Positions 41,782-53,000 of a DNA stretch of 64,000 nucleotides are shown in pieces; positions within the stretch are counted from its first letter, which is position 1, and each line of letters starts with the position of its first letter. Source of the DNA: Bacteroidia bacterium (lineage in GTDB: Bacteria; Bacteroidota; Bacteroidia; M30B66); NCBI GenBank assembly GCA_965279035.1, contig OZ257142.1:3456001-3520000 (forward strand). Reading direction: 5' to 3'. A program made the position numbers and the translations under genes. The notes under the pieces are model-generated. The model searched no databases and was not told the DNA's origin. It was given only the letters and a program-made list of their open reading frames with translations.

Positions 41782-42798
41782 TCAAATCAAAATTAGATTT
41801 AAATTTTGATTTTGTGATTTGAGTTTAGATTTTATCATCTCATATTCCATTCTTCTTGAGTTTAATGCTTCGTGTTTTAAGCGTTTTCTTTCTTTAAGGA
41901 TTTGATCACCTCTTCCATAGTATATATCAGCAGGAGTTAGGTTTTGCAATGATTCATGATAACGTTGGTTATTGTAATTATCAACAAATTTTCCCAGGGC
42001 ATCTTCAAGTTCTTCCGGACAATAATAGTGATTTAGCTTAACCACGTTTTTCATTGTACGATGATAACGTTCTATTTTACCTTGTGTTTGAGGATGAAAA
42101 GGCCTACCGTGTATTTGATCTATCTCATGGTTTTGCTTAAGGTAAGCACTGAGTTCCGCAGCAATATAACATGAACCATTATCCGATAATAGTTTGGGAC
42201 GAGGCTTTGACAGTAATTTGGCCTTTTTAATGGCTCTATCAACGGTTCTTTTTACATCTTCAACTTTCATCCCAGAACAGAGTTCCCAATGCACAATATA
42301 TCGGCTGTAATCATCTAAGATGGTACTTAAATAATACCAGCCCCAACCAATGATTTTAAAGTAAGTAAAGTCTGTTTGCCACATTTGATGAACAAATCCT
42401 GTTTTCTTAGAAAATTCATCGGCTGCTGAAATGAAAATATGGGCTGGTGAATTGATTAAGCCTCTCGATTTCAAAATGCGATAAACGCTCGATTCTGAAA
42501 TGAAAATCTGTTGCTCATCAGTTAGCTTAAAAGCAAGTTCACGAGATGATAATTCAGGATAATTCAAAGCAAGATCTACTACAAGATTCTTTTGCTGTTG
42601 TGGAATACTATTCCATTGCCTTTTTAAAACCCGCTTGCTTGGATTTAAGCCATCAACGCCGTTGTCAGCATATGATTTATACCATTTGTAAAATGTGCTC
42701 TTATTAAGCCCTATTTCACGTAAGGTGCGATTGACACCAATTTCAGATTGAACAACGAGATCGATGAGTTCCTGCTTTTCGGATGCTGTAAAACGCAT
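41782..42798 (-). CDS. IS3 OrfB
   Basis: Identical to 33904..34920. Confidence 0.92.
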   Translation of the reverse strand: MRFTASEKQELIDLVVQSEIGVNRTLREIGLNKSTFYKWYKSYADNGVDGLNPSKRVLKRQWNSIPQQQKNLVVDLALNYPELSSRELAFKLTDEQQIFISESSVYRILKSRGLINSPAHIFISAADEFSKKTGFVHQMWQTDFTYFKIIGWGWYYLSTILDDYSRYIVHWELCSGMKVEDVKRTVDRAIKKAKLLSKPRPKLLSDNGSCYIAAELSAYLKQNHEIDQIHGRPFHPQTQGKIERYHRTMKNVVKLNHYYCPEELEDALGKFVDNYNNQRYHESLQNLTPADIYYGRGDQILKERKRLKHEALNSRRMEYEMIKSKLKSQNQNLNLILI

Positions 42799-42818
42799 AT
42801 ATTTTTTCAGTTTTACAG

Positions 42819-43172
42819 TTAATCCAGCATGGACAAGCTTTTTTTTACAATGTCATAGCGCAAAACCAAATCAGCGACCATTTCCTTTAAGCGCTGATTT
42901 TCTTTGCGAAGCTCTGACACTTCATCACTCGTAGCTTCGCGGGTTACATCACCGGAGAGACGCTTCTTACCTGCTTCCAAAAACTCCTTATTCCATTTAT
43001 AAAATTGACTCTCCTGTATAGAATACTTCCTACACAATTCTGCTACTGACAATTCAGCACGCAATGCCTCCATAACTATCTGGATCTTCTGTTCTGAACT
43101 GAAAATTCTTCTTGTCTTTCTGCGGATTTCTTTAATGTAATTCTCGGTCGTTTGTTTTTTCTTTGTTTCCAT
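42819..43172 (-). CDS. IS3 OrfA
   Basis: Identical to 33530..33883. Confidence 0.9.
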   Translation of the reverse strand: METKKKQTTENYIKEIRRKTRRIFSSEQKIQIVMEALRAELSVAELCRKYSIQESQFYKWNKEFLEAGKKRLSGDVTREATSDEVSELRKENQRLKEMVADLVLRYDIVKKSLSMLD

Positions 43173-43254
43173 GGTTGTTAAAATTAAAAATATAACTTAG
43201 AAACACTCTCTTAGTTTTGACTATATTTAGTCCACTTTATGCTGACGATTTACA

Positions 43255-44655
43255 GCCAGTAATTCAGGAATAATTTTCCAACAAAATACAATGAAGTCTC
43301 ATGGAAATTCTTCACATATAGGAGCAGGTTTACTTTTAGGCTTTAACCCTAATATTATTTACAATAATAATCCAACGTCTATAACAATAGCTTCAGTAAT
43401 TGGACCTCAAGATACTACTAAAAATCAATGGCTTGATATGACATATGGTATTGGAGCAGTTGAACCTCAGGCAAGCTATTCATCCCAGACTAATCGTTTT
43501 TTTGTAAAAGGCAGTAATGATATTTCATTTTATACAAATCATGAACCTAATGATCCAACTTGCAACTTTGATTTGTTTTTTACTTGTCTTCCTGGTTCAA
43601 CATCTGCAGAAAGTAATATTTGTAGTTATGCTGGTTCAATAATAACGGGATATCGCATTGCAAATCCAAAGAACCTTATTGATATAATAAGTAAATCTGT
43701 TCATGACAGTTTATATTTTGACATGTATGATTCTGAAATTAACTATCAAGTAAAAAAAGATATTGATGTTCTTATTAAAAATCAAACTGGTACTATTCCA
43801 GATACGGGTACTATAAGTATTATGAATGCTATGATACAAACAACGAATATTCCTCAATTCAATAGTGTTAATAAACTTTCGGGTGAAAACAAAATTGATT
43901 CTTTAGAACTTGTAGAGTTTAAATTGAAAAGTAGAATCTTAGATTCATTAACTTTAATCAAAGATTCGTTAATCTTTGTTTATGATTCTGACTCAACAGT
44001 GATTAATGCTATTAATGCCCTCCAAAATGATATCAATACATTGGCTTCTAGTTTAACAAATATTCATAGCAATTATATTTCAATGAAGGCAGCTAGTAAT
44101 GAAAGTGCTAAGCAAGTAAATACTGCCATTACTCCTGTTAACTTAATGGAATATTTAGAAAAGAAAATCAATGTATACAATCACTTATACAATAGAGTAT
44201 CGTTTGTTGAATTTAATGAATCTGAAAAAAACATAATTGATTCTATTGCTTCAGTTTGCCCACTACTGGGCGGAAATGCTGTTTTCCTTGCCAGAAGTAT
44301 TCAATTTTCATACAATGACAGTATTTTTTACGATGATTTACTATTGTGCAATCAACAAGGTGTTTACAATCGTTTGGCAAATAAAGACAGCATTTATGAA
44401 TTGAAAGAAGAGCATTTTGTAGTTTATCCAAATCCATCAACTGGTGAATTGAATATATATTTAAGCTCAGGGGATATATACTCAATTCAAATCTTTAATT
44501 TATTAGGTCAATTGGTGTTTAAAGAATCTGATTTGAAATTAAAAACAACAGTTCTTATAGACAAAGAAAAGCTTGCAAATGGCACCTATATTCTGTTGCT
44601 TGAAAATAAAGTAACGGGGAAAATAGAGCGTAAAAAAATCAATTTCAATCATTGA
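43255..44655 (+). pseudogene. C-terminal part of a giant T9SS protein
   Basis: CPLLGGNAVFLAR motif and VYPNPS CTD; no signal peptide. Confidence 0.8.
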
Positions 44656-44662
44656 ACTTAAA

Positions 44663-46201
44663 ATGAAAATCAAAATGTGTAATACAAAAATTATTTTTTG
44701 TTTTTTTATTGTCTTGTTATCATTGTCGCTCAAAGCACAACGTCAATCTGATGTTTTGGTAATGGGTAATAGTGTATATAGTATACCCGCCGAAGCTCCA
44801 GGTTCTAATTTCTTGATGGTATTTAATGAAGATAGTTTAGAATATATCGACAATGAAACCCCCATTATTCTATCCAATTTTTTTAGTCGTGCCTCATACT
44901 CAGATAAACACGGGAATTTAAAATTTGCATCCAATGGTTGGCGATTGGTGAATAGTTTTGGAGAAGTTCTTTCCTATAAATTATGGCGAGAAGATATGGA
45001 ATGGCCTCAAGGCTCTCCAGATACTACTCTAGTTGATATATCCAAAGGACCTTTGTTTTTAGAGGATCCCGCCGACAGCAATCGGGTGTATTTGTTTTAT
45101 GGACAATATAAACGCGATATACCATCTTCAATTGGACTAATTAGTCAAGATGTATATTTTACTTATGCTATTTTAGATGTACCATCACAGAGTATGATTA
45201 GTATTAATCATACTGTTTTGAGTGACACTACGTCTATTTCGGATGCAGTGGCTGTTCGTCATGGAAATGGTCGCGATTGGTGGATTATTAAGCCTGGAAT
45301 TTTTTCTAATGAATACTATATTGGATTATTGGATATCAATGGGGTATCCTCTATGCAGCATGTATTTATTGAAGGATTAGAACCTCATACACAAACCTAT
45401 ACAACATCTCATTTTAGTCAAGATGGAAATCACTTTATTCATTTTTCTGGATTTGGTCCTAAATGGGTTCAACGAATGGATTTTGATCGTTGCACTGGTA
45501 TTTTAAGTAACCCGCAAGATCTGGATATTAGTTCCTTATTTAGACCTGCTGACTTGCCTAATTTTATTCCAAGTCCAGATTTATCTAAGTTTTACGGAAA
45601 ACGATTAAATTACAATGATAGTAGTTATCAATACGGAACATATCAATATGATTTTGTTAATGATTCATTAACCTTTATAACCTTAGCTACAGGTCTTTCT
45701 TTTATTTCACCAAATTATAATAACGTATTCAACTTTGAATTATTTGATAATTCTAATCCATTTGAAAATATGTATTATAGCACAATAAATAACCTTACTG
45801 GAAATGGATTGGAATACCAACAGTTTCGTTATGAATTAACTAATACTGCAACGTGCGTTTTAGCACCTAATATAGTTAACTATAGGCTTGGCTCTTTAGT
45901 CGGGAGTGCTTGTGATCCTTTAGCCTTAGAAGATATGGCATTAATTAAATCAAAAAAACTCAGTCTCGAACTATTTCCCAATCCAGCAAATACTCAATTG
46001 CATGTCCGCATAAATGATCCCCAAAATGATTATTCAATACGATTGTATAACTCAATTGGTGAATTAGTGTATTCAACTCAATTAAGTAAAGGACTATTGG
46101 ATATTGATTTGACTTCTTTATCTCTTAGTTCTGGTGTGTATTTTATTGAATTATCCAATTCTACAGTCATAAAGCGTGAGAAAATTTTGATTGCTAATTG
46201 A
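44663..46201 (+). CDS. T9SS type-A CTD protein, beta-propeller-like
   Basis: Close paralogue of 35615..37159. Confidence 0.88.
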   Translation: MKIKMCNTKIIFCFFIVLLSLSLKAQRQSDVLVMGNSVYSIPAEAPGSNFLMVFNEDSLEYIDNETPIILSNFFSRASYSDKHGNLKFASNGWRLVNSFGEVLSYKLWREDMEWPQGSPDTTLVDISKGPLFLEDPADSNRVYLFYGQYKRDIPSSIGLISQDVYFTYAILDVPSQSMISINHTVLSDTTSISDAVAVRHGNGRDWWIIKPGIFSNEYYIGLLDINGVSSMQHVFIEGLEPHTQTYTTSHFSQDGNHFIHFSGFGPKWVQRMDFDRCTGILSNPQDLDISSLFRPADLPNFIPSPDLSKFYGKRLNYNDSSYQYGTYQYDFVNDSLTFITLATGLSFISPNYNNVFNFELFDNSNPFENMYYSTINNLTGNGLEYQQFRYELTNTATCVLAPNIVNYRLGSLVGSACDPLALEDMALIKSKKLSLELFPNPANTQLHVRINDPQNDYSIRLYNSIGELVYSTQLSKGLLDIDLTSLSLSSGVYFIELSNSTVIKREKILIAN

Positions 46202-46272
46202 ATTTATACATAACCCAATAATTGAATGATCATAGTGCTTATTTTATTGCATTATGCTTATTACAAAGTGTT

Positions 46273-46405
46273 GCATAACGCTCCGCGTGCAACTCGAGGT
46301 TTGGGAATTGGTCAGCAGAATGCTTTAGATTAGACGAATATAGCAAGAAAATTGAAATGATTTAACCGAGCAGAATGCCCAAATCTTGAGTGCACGCTGT
46401 TAGTG
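46273..46405 (-). repeat. attC-like site B
   Basis: Family B sequence. Confidence 0.9.
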
Positions 46406-46413
46406 GCTGGTGT

Positions 46414-47328
46414 TTAGTTATCAATAAATTTATTGCTCTTACTTATGTTACACTCTTCACATAAAGTTTGAAGATTATTGAGTTCTGTTAATCCTCCGAG
46501 TGAAAAAGGTGTTTTATGATCTATATGTAACTTAATATCATCTTTTGCAGAGCGACCACAAGCAATACATTTAAAATTATCTTTTTTAAATACTTTATAT
46601 CTCATGCTTAAAGGAATAGATCTCTTAGACTTATTCTCAATAACTTTTAATGGCAACTCATCAATATCATTATCATCCACTTCATTTATGGAATCAAACT
46701 TATTAAAGTTGGGTAATATTTCTAACTGATAACCTTTGTTTCCTTGAAAATGACCTTTAATTATTGAAACAACAATAAAATCATTTAAGAATTTTTCAGG
46801 TGAAGTATTAACCAATTCTTCTGATTGTGGATCAAAAATCCCTAAAATGATATCATTATTTTCTGTTATTTCAAATCCTAGATTTCTTAACATGTCACAA
46901 AATACAATTTGTTTTTGTCTACGATGAGCTTGGGCTCGTTTATCGTCGCCATCATATCGTTCTGCGAATTTTATTTTTTGTGTAAGGAAAATTACATTAT
47001 CACTTTCTTTCTCTGTTGTTAAATTTAAAGAAAATGTCATTCCTACAGATTTATTAGCTTTTGTATAGCAAAATAGTCTGTAATGATTTGATGTGTTTTC
47101 ATATAACTGAACTGAAACCTGCAATTCTCCTTGTAGAATAGGAAATGTGTATTCATGAATATTCCCTAATAATTGAAAATCCGATTGATTGTATTGAATT
47201 ACATCTTTAACACCTTGACTTCCTTGTAAAATAAATTTACCAATTGAAATTTGATCCGGTAATTCTGTTTTTGCCAATAATAAAGCGAACTTAATTGCAT
47301 CTAAATGATATTCTTCAAGATTGTCCAT
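46414..47328 (-). CDS. HNH endonuclease with uncharacterised N-terminal domain
   Basis: CIACG...LHIDHKTPFSLGG...NLQTLCEECNISKSNK. Confidence 0.88.
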   Translation of the reverse strand: MDNLEEYHLDAIKFALLLAKTELPDQISIGKFILQGSQGVKDVIQYNQSDFQLLGNIHEYTFPILQGELQVSVQLYENTSNHYRLFCYTKANKSVGMTFSLNLTTEKESDNVIFLTQKIKFAERYDGDDKRAQAHRRQKQIVFCDMLRNLGFEITENNDIILGIFDPQSEELVNTSPEKFLNDFIVVSIIKGHFQGNKGYQLEILPNFNKFDSINEVDDNDIDELPLKVIENKSKRSIPLSMRYKVFKKDNFKCIACGRSAKDDIKLHIDHKTPFSLGGLTELNNLQTLCEECNISKSNKFIDN

Positions 47329-47355
47329 AGTAAAATGATAGTTAAAAACACTTGC

Positions 47356-47488
47356 CACTAACGCTCCGCGTGCAACTCGTGGTTTGGGAATTGGTTTGCA
47401 GAATGCTTTATTTTAGACGAATATAGCAAGAAAATTGAATTGCTTTAACCTAGCAAAATGCCCAAATCTTGAGTGCACGCTGTTATAA
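47356..47488 (-). repeat. attC-like site B
   Basis: Family B sequence. Confidence 0.9.
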
Positions 47489-47928
47489 GATGCGCGCCAA
47501 CTCAGCCTATGCGTGACTAGTAAAATTCAATCAAAATAAGCCATTCCAAAATCTTCATTACAAAGAAGCTTTCCCAAAACTCTGAGCAGATTTGATTGCA
47601 TTCTATGCTGAATATAGAATTTGAAAATCTCTAATGCCTTTTCGTCATGCACATTCTCGAGGCCATTTTTTATGGATCTCGCTCACCAAACTAGCAAAGG
47701 CATTTACATTCGATTTCATTCATATAAAATATCAAGCAAACAAAACCGAGATAAATATTTCTGCTGAATTTGAGTTCTGACCTTTTCAATGGCTTATTTT
47801 GAACTTGCAAAATCTAAGGCGATTTTTCCTGTTCGATCCCAACTAAAAACAGTTTTACAAATTGCATGAATAACTCATTTGTGCAAAATGTTGCCGACTT
47901 TGCGGAAGAGATTCGCGTTTCTTATAAC
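47482..47928. repeat. Non-coding cassette Y
   Basis: 447 bp, no ORF of 60 aa or more, ends GTTATAAGATGCGCG...CGCGTTTCTTATAAC. Confidence 0.9.
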
Positions 47929-48052
47929 GGTCCGGCGATTTGCGAATGCGCGGAACAGTTTACCCAAATGTATCAAAACAAACGAAATGATTCAATCAGA
48001 AAAATGACTTAGAGAACGAAAATGCCCGCGTATCGCAGATTGCCTGTTATTT
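47922..48052 (-). repeat. attC-like site C
   Basis: Near-identical to 9452-9582. Confidence 0.9.
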
Positions 48053-48430
48053 GATGCGCGCCAAGTCAGATTCAGTTCTAGCAAACTTTCCAAGCAAAAA
48101 AAGCGACTTGAATACACATTCTGAAATAAGGCCAAAAACCATTCTGCAAATATTCTGTGTTTGTCGCCATCAATTCTCTAGTTGATTTCATCAATCCATT
48201 AATTTGATTTTATCAGCAGTTCATTCCAGGCATATGGCGACAAACTTTTCAAAAACCTCTCAAATGGTTTTTGCCTATCCCTCAAATGCCGAGCTTTTTT
48301 TATCAAAAACGATTAGACATTCGTTTATTACTTTATTGTTTCCTGATAGCCGAAACTTCCTTTCGCCTTTAATGAATTATCTGACCACAATGCGAATGGC
48401 GAGTTTGGAAAATTTCGCGTTTCAAATAAC
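48046..48430. repeat. Non-coding cassette X, copy 3
   Basis: Near-identical to 9576-9960. Confidence 0.9.
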
Positions 48431-48555
48431 GTTCCGCACACACCTGAAGAGCCAAACGAGGTGAACGAAATGCTTTAGATTAGACGAAAATAACAAGAAA
48501 AACGAACGTCTCAACCTCCCGAAATGCTTGGCTTTTCTGGTGTGTGCTGTTAGCC
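48424..48555 (-). repeat. attC-like site A, intact
   Basis: Family A sequence. Confidence 0.9.
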
Positions 48556-48565
48556 CTTGGCGGTT

Positions 48566-50059
48566 TTATTGTTTAATAAATTTCTTTCCTGAGCGATTGC
48601 CAGTTTTCAAATCTTGTATTTCAATCCAATATATCCCTTGACTTAAGCCATTAATTTCATTTGATAATACAGTTTTTTGATTTTGAATCTGACCTTTCCA
48701 GTGAATTCTTCCAAGCATATCTGAAATAATTGCTTCACAATGTGATGGAATATCTTGTTCAATTATTAAAGAAGATTCAACAGGATTTGGGTATAATTTA
48801 AATCGTATATTTAAATTATTATCGATTGATTGAATACCTGTGCTTAAACTATCACAAATACTTCCTGTTAAAGCACCTAGTCTAAAATTGGCATAATTGG
48901 GAGAAACTTCAATAAATCCATAATTGATTAGATCAAATACTTGAGGTGTAAATCCACAATTTAATGTTGGGTTATTTGGTTGATAGAGAACACTAAGTTT
49001 AGGCTCATATGGATTAGAGGTAAAATCAGTTGTTGGAGAAACGACCCACAAGTTATTGGGAGTTAAACATGGTGCTCCTTGCCCTTCAGCAATAACTGAA
49101 AAAATAGATGTTTCAAAATCGTATTGACATAATTCAATTGTCAAAAATGCATTCATATTAGATCTTCTAAAATACAACTTTGTGCCATCAGGACTTAAAC
49201 AGCAAGCATTAACAGCATCTTCATTAAAATATGAACTCAAATCATGTTCAATCGGATTTGATAATCCTCCAGTACATCGGTCAAAATTATATATATATGC
49301 TTTTCTAACTGAACCGATAATTACGTTTATAAATTTGCCTCCATCACTTGAAAATAGATTCCAACCACCACCCGGTTGGTGGATATGAGGTATAGGTGTA
49401 TAAATTGAGTTAAAATCAAAACCCGAAGGGTTTAATAAAGCTTGATAAAATTTATCCTGATAAATAGTTGATTTCATAATCCACCAATCTCTACCATTTG
49501 CGTGCCTGCATGCGGCAATAGTGCCTGCTGCGCTTGAGTCTAATTCAATAGGATGCTTTCTGATTATAGTCTCAATTTCTGAATCTGTTGTTTTGAATTC
49601 TGAATAATAAAAACTAGTATCAATTCCTAAAATAAATGGATCGTCAAGAATAGGTTTAGAATAGGAATTTAATAAACAATATTTTTGGGAAGAACCAGGA
49701 ACATTCAAAAAAAGTGAGTTTTTAAATCCAAGCGGCATTTCACTAAAATTTCCTGAATAAAAAGAATCAATTATTGCACCTGATGAGTCAAATAAATATT
49801 TGCCATTAAAAACAAGCAAAAGATTACCTAAAGAATCTGAAATTGAAGCAGAACCCTTATTAATTCTGTATTGAAAATTAGCACTTTCTATACTTTCCAG
49901 TCCAGTATTATTAAATTTAAGAACACCACTCCCGTATGGTTCTGGACAGCCATTTTCAGGAGAACATAACCCCCATACCCAGTTATCAGCTTGGCGTTGA
50001 GATAAAAGCTCTGAAAAAGAAGTTAAAGCAAAAACCAAAATAAGTAAATTAAATTTCAT
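48566..50059 (-). CDS. T9SS type-A CTD protein, beta-propeller-like
   Basis: RHANGRDWW, FDRCTG, LYPNPV CTD. Confidence 0.88.
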   Translation of the reverse strand: MKFNLLILVFALTSFSELLSQRQADNWVWGLCSPENGCPEPYGSGVLKFNNTGLESIESANFQYRINKGSASISDSLGNLLLVFNGKYLFDSSGAIIDSFYSGNFSEMPLGFKNSLFLNVPGSSQKYCLLNSYSKPILDDPFILGIDTSFYYSEFKTTDSEIETIIRKHPIELDSSAAGTIAACRHANGRDWWIMKSTIYQDKFYQALLNPSGFDFNSIYTPIPHIHQPGGGWNLFSSDGGKFINVIIGSVRKAYIYNFDRCTGGLSNPIEHDLSSYFNEDAVNACCLSPDGTKLYFRRSNMNAFLTIELCQYDFETSIFSVIAEGQGAPCLTPNNLWVVSPTTDFTSNPYEPKLSVLYQPNNPTLNCGFTPQVFDLINYGFIEVSPNYANFRLGALTGSICDSLSTGIQSIDNNLNIRFKLYPNPVESSLIIEQDIPSHCEAIISDMLGRIHWKGQIQNQKTVLSNEINGLSQGIYWIEIQDLKTGNRSGKKFIKQ

Positions 50060-50061
50060 GT

Positions 50062-53000
50062 TTATCGTTTAATTAATTTTTCATTCAAAACTTTCAATCC
50101 TGAGTTGTCAAATACCTGAATAAAGTATAATCCTTGAGCAACAGGATTTAAAATGTCAACTTCAAACTCACCAGAAATTCTGAGTGATTTATTATAAATT
50201 AATTGACCCATTGAATTCATAATTTTAATTATAAAATCATTAGATCCAGGCAATAAACTTCTAATAATAAATTTACCAGTTGTTGGATTAGGGTAAATTC
50301 GTAAAAACTGATTCAAGTTATTATTTGAATTTGACATATCAGTTTTAGATAAACGAAACATAACTCCTTGCTGTATACAAACACCATCATCGTTGTATAA
50401 AGCTGTATCATTTATGAGTGCATAAAGGCTTCGTGCTTTGAATACAGCAGAGCCTCCCAAAGCAGGGCACAAATGCGCAATTTCATATAATTCAGAAATT
50501 TGAAATTCATCGAATATTAGATTGTTTTGAGCTACTGTGTTTAAATATATCTTGTTTACTCGTCGCTCAAAATCCTCAAATTCAATATTAGTTACTACCC
50601 CATTATTGTATAAAAAGGAACTATCACGTGCAAATCCTTGTTTATCTAAAACATTGTTGTCTATTAACTCTAATTGTAATTTTAATTGATAAATGATAGT
50701 TACCAAAGCTGCTCGCTGGTTAATTGTTTGTTCATCATCATATAAGTTATCAGCGATAATAGTACTATCAAGAATATCTATTTGACTCATCACTAATTTC
50801 ATTTCCTGTAAATACCCTTTTTTAATTTGATCGGTAGTTTCAGAAGTTTCATTTATAACCTGAGTTTGATCCACATAAACGTAGTTCTGAGCAGGACTTT
50901 GCTGATATGCTTCAATGAATGAAACAAAATTACCAGTATCTGGTAGGATTAGCTCTTGGGAATTTAAAGCTTGGAAAATATCTTTACTAAGTGAGAATTT
51001 TACCGATTCTGTAAACGGGTCAAAAGCAAGAGAATCATACGCCAAAAGTCGAGCTAGGTTTTCCTGATCTTTAACAGAAGCTCCTGTAACGAAAGCAGGT
51101 GCAGAAATTATTGAGCAATATGGTTCTGAAGGAGAATTAAATGAGTTATCGCAATAGAAAAAATCCCCTTCACAAAAACCTGTAAATGGTTGAAAGGGAG
51201 GAAATATTGGATAGATTGTTAAATCTGATGGATTGTGAACTGTAAAGCTGTTTAAAGTCGTATTTGCAGAGTTAGTGCTTTGCCTTCTAGCAGGAGTAAT
51301 AATATAACCGCCAGTCCATTTATTTCCATTGTTTATCTGATTCCCTAAAATTCCAGTTGCTGTTATATCAACACCATATTGATGATTTACAATAGTGTTT
51401 AATTTAAAACTATCAGTTTGGCAATTACCATAAATCTTAAATCCATATCTCGAATTATTTACATAATTATTTTTAATGATGCCATTTCTAGAATTTGTAA
51501 GATTAATTCCAAATTGTCTAGTTGTTGTATTACCATTGATAAAATTACACGAAACCAATGATTTATTTGTATTAGACATGTAAATTCCACCACCTATATC
51601 CCAACTACTATTAAAGAATGTAAAGGGAAGAATTACAATTGTATCGGATTGAATTCTAATTCCCGTTGCTGAATTAACAGATATTCCAAAAGATGATGTT
51701 ATTTTATTTGCAAGAATCGTAGTATATCTCCCCATAAATTGATTTGAAACAAAGATCCCGTTGTTAAATGAAACCTGAGGCAATTGTGAAAAAAGAGGAA
51801 GAGATGTTATTGTATTATAACCAATAGTATCATTTAACATAAAATCACTTTGCATTAGACTAACACCCTGAATCTTTGAAGCAATTTTATTTTTCATTAT
51901 TTTAAAGCTCTTAGCTCTTAAATTCAAACCGCGAACTCCAACATTAACATTATCAAAAGAACAATTTCTCACATGTACATCACTTGCATTTACAAATACA
52001 CCCTTATTACAATTATTAAAATGCGTGTTATTTCCCCAATTATTTGGCTCTAATTGACTAAATCCTCCTACGAACAAAAATGAATTAGTGCTTGCATAAA
52101 TACCGTTTCCACTTACATTATTAAACTGAGAAATTGGACTTATTTGATTATCTAACCAATAACTACTCCCTTGGTAATTTACACCAAATGGCTGGATATT
52201 ATCAAATTTTGATTGATATACTTTTGCATAAGCATATTTATTTAAAATAACACCATTACATAAATTCTTAAATCTACTTCCAGAAGTTACATACAAATTA
52301 TAATAATTGGTAGCAACAATTCCGGCTAAACTATAACCCAAAGGTAAAGGAGATTGATTAGGAAATGTTTGCAATAATTGCCCTCCAATAAAAGAACAAC
52401 TTTTCAAAGCAAGTGGATGCTCGCCTAATTCGTCTCCAGATTTGATAGCAACAAAATTATTTTCGAAAATCGTATTATCTACATTAGAATATGCATTCCC
52501 AAAACGTCTTAGCAAAATGCCATAGTGTGCATCTTTAATATTACAATTACTAATTTTCAATTTTCCCAAATTATTAATACCATTCCACATTTGCTCACAT
52601 CCTTTTAAATTACAAGAGTCCAATTTTAAAGTTCCAGTTACTTTAATTTCTTTCCCCCCAGCAATAGTGATATCACAATTATTAAACTCAAAAATATTAT
52701 CAACAGTTAAACTATGATTCAACTGAATGCATTTATCAGATAATATACTTAACCCCAATGATGTAGCAAGTTGAGAGGTTGTTAAAACATTTGCTGGAAT
52801 AATATATAATGGCGTACCTAAACTATCACAAATTTGACAATTACAAAGTGTATTAGAACTGATAGTTATCGCAGTATCTATACTAACACACCCTGAATCG
52901 TTTGTGAATGAATAAGTCAACATCAATGTATCTGAAATATAACTTGACGGGTCTACTACAAAGCTATTATTTGATAAACCATTAATTGAGAATATACCTC

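Larger units (their letters stand above)
41733..43254 (-). mobile_element. IS3-family element, inverted copy of 33448-34969, no TSD
   Basis: Same IRs, same length, identical proteins. Confidence 0.9.

Noticed and set aside
33448-43254. Composite transposon or simple inversion bounded by the inverted IS3 pair
   Set aside because: No matching target duplication in any flank combination, and the IS110 and att site between them keep the array orientation
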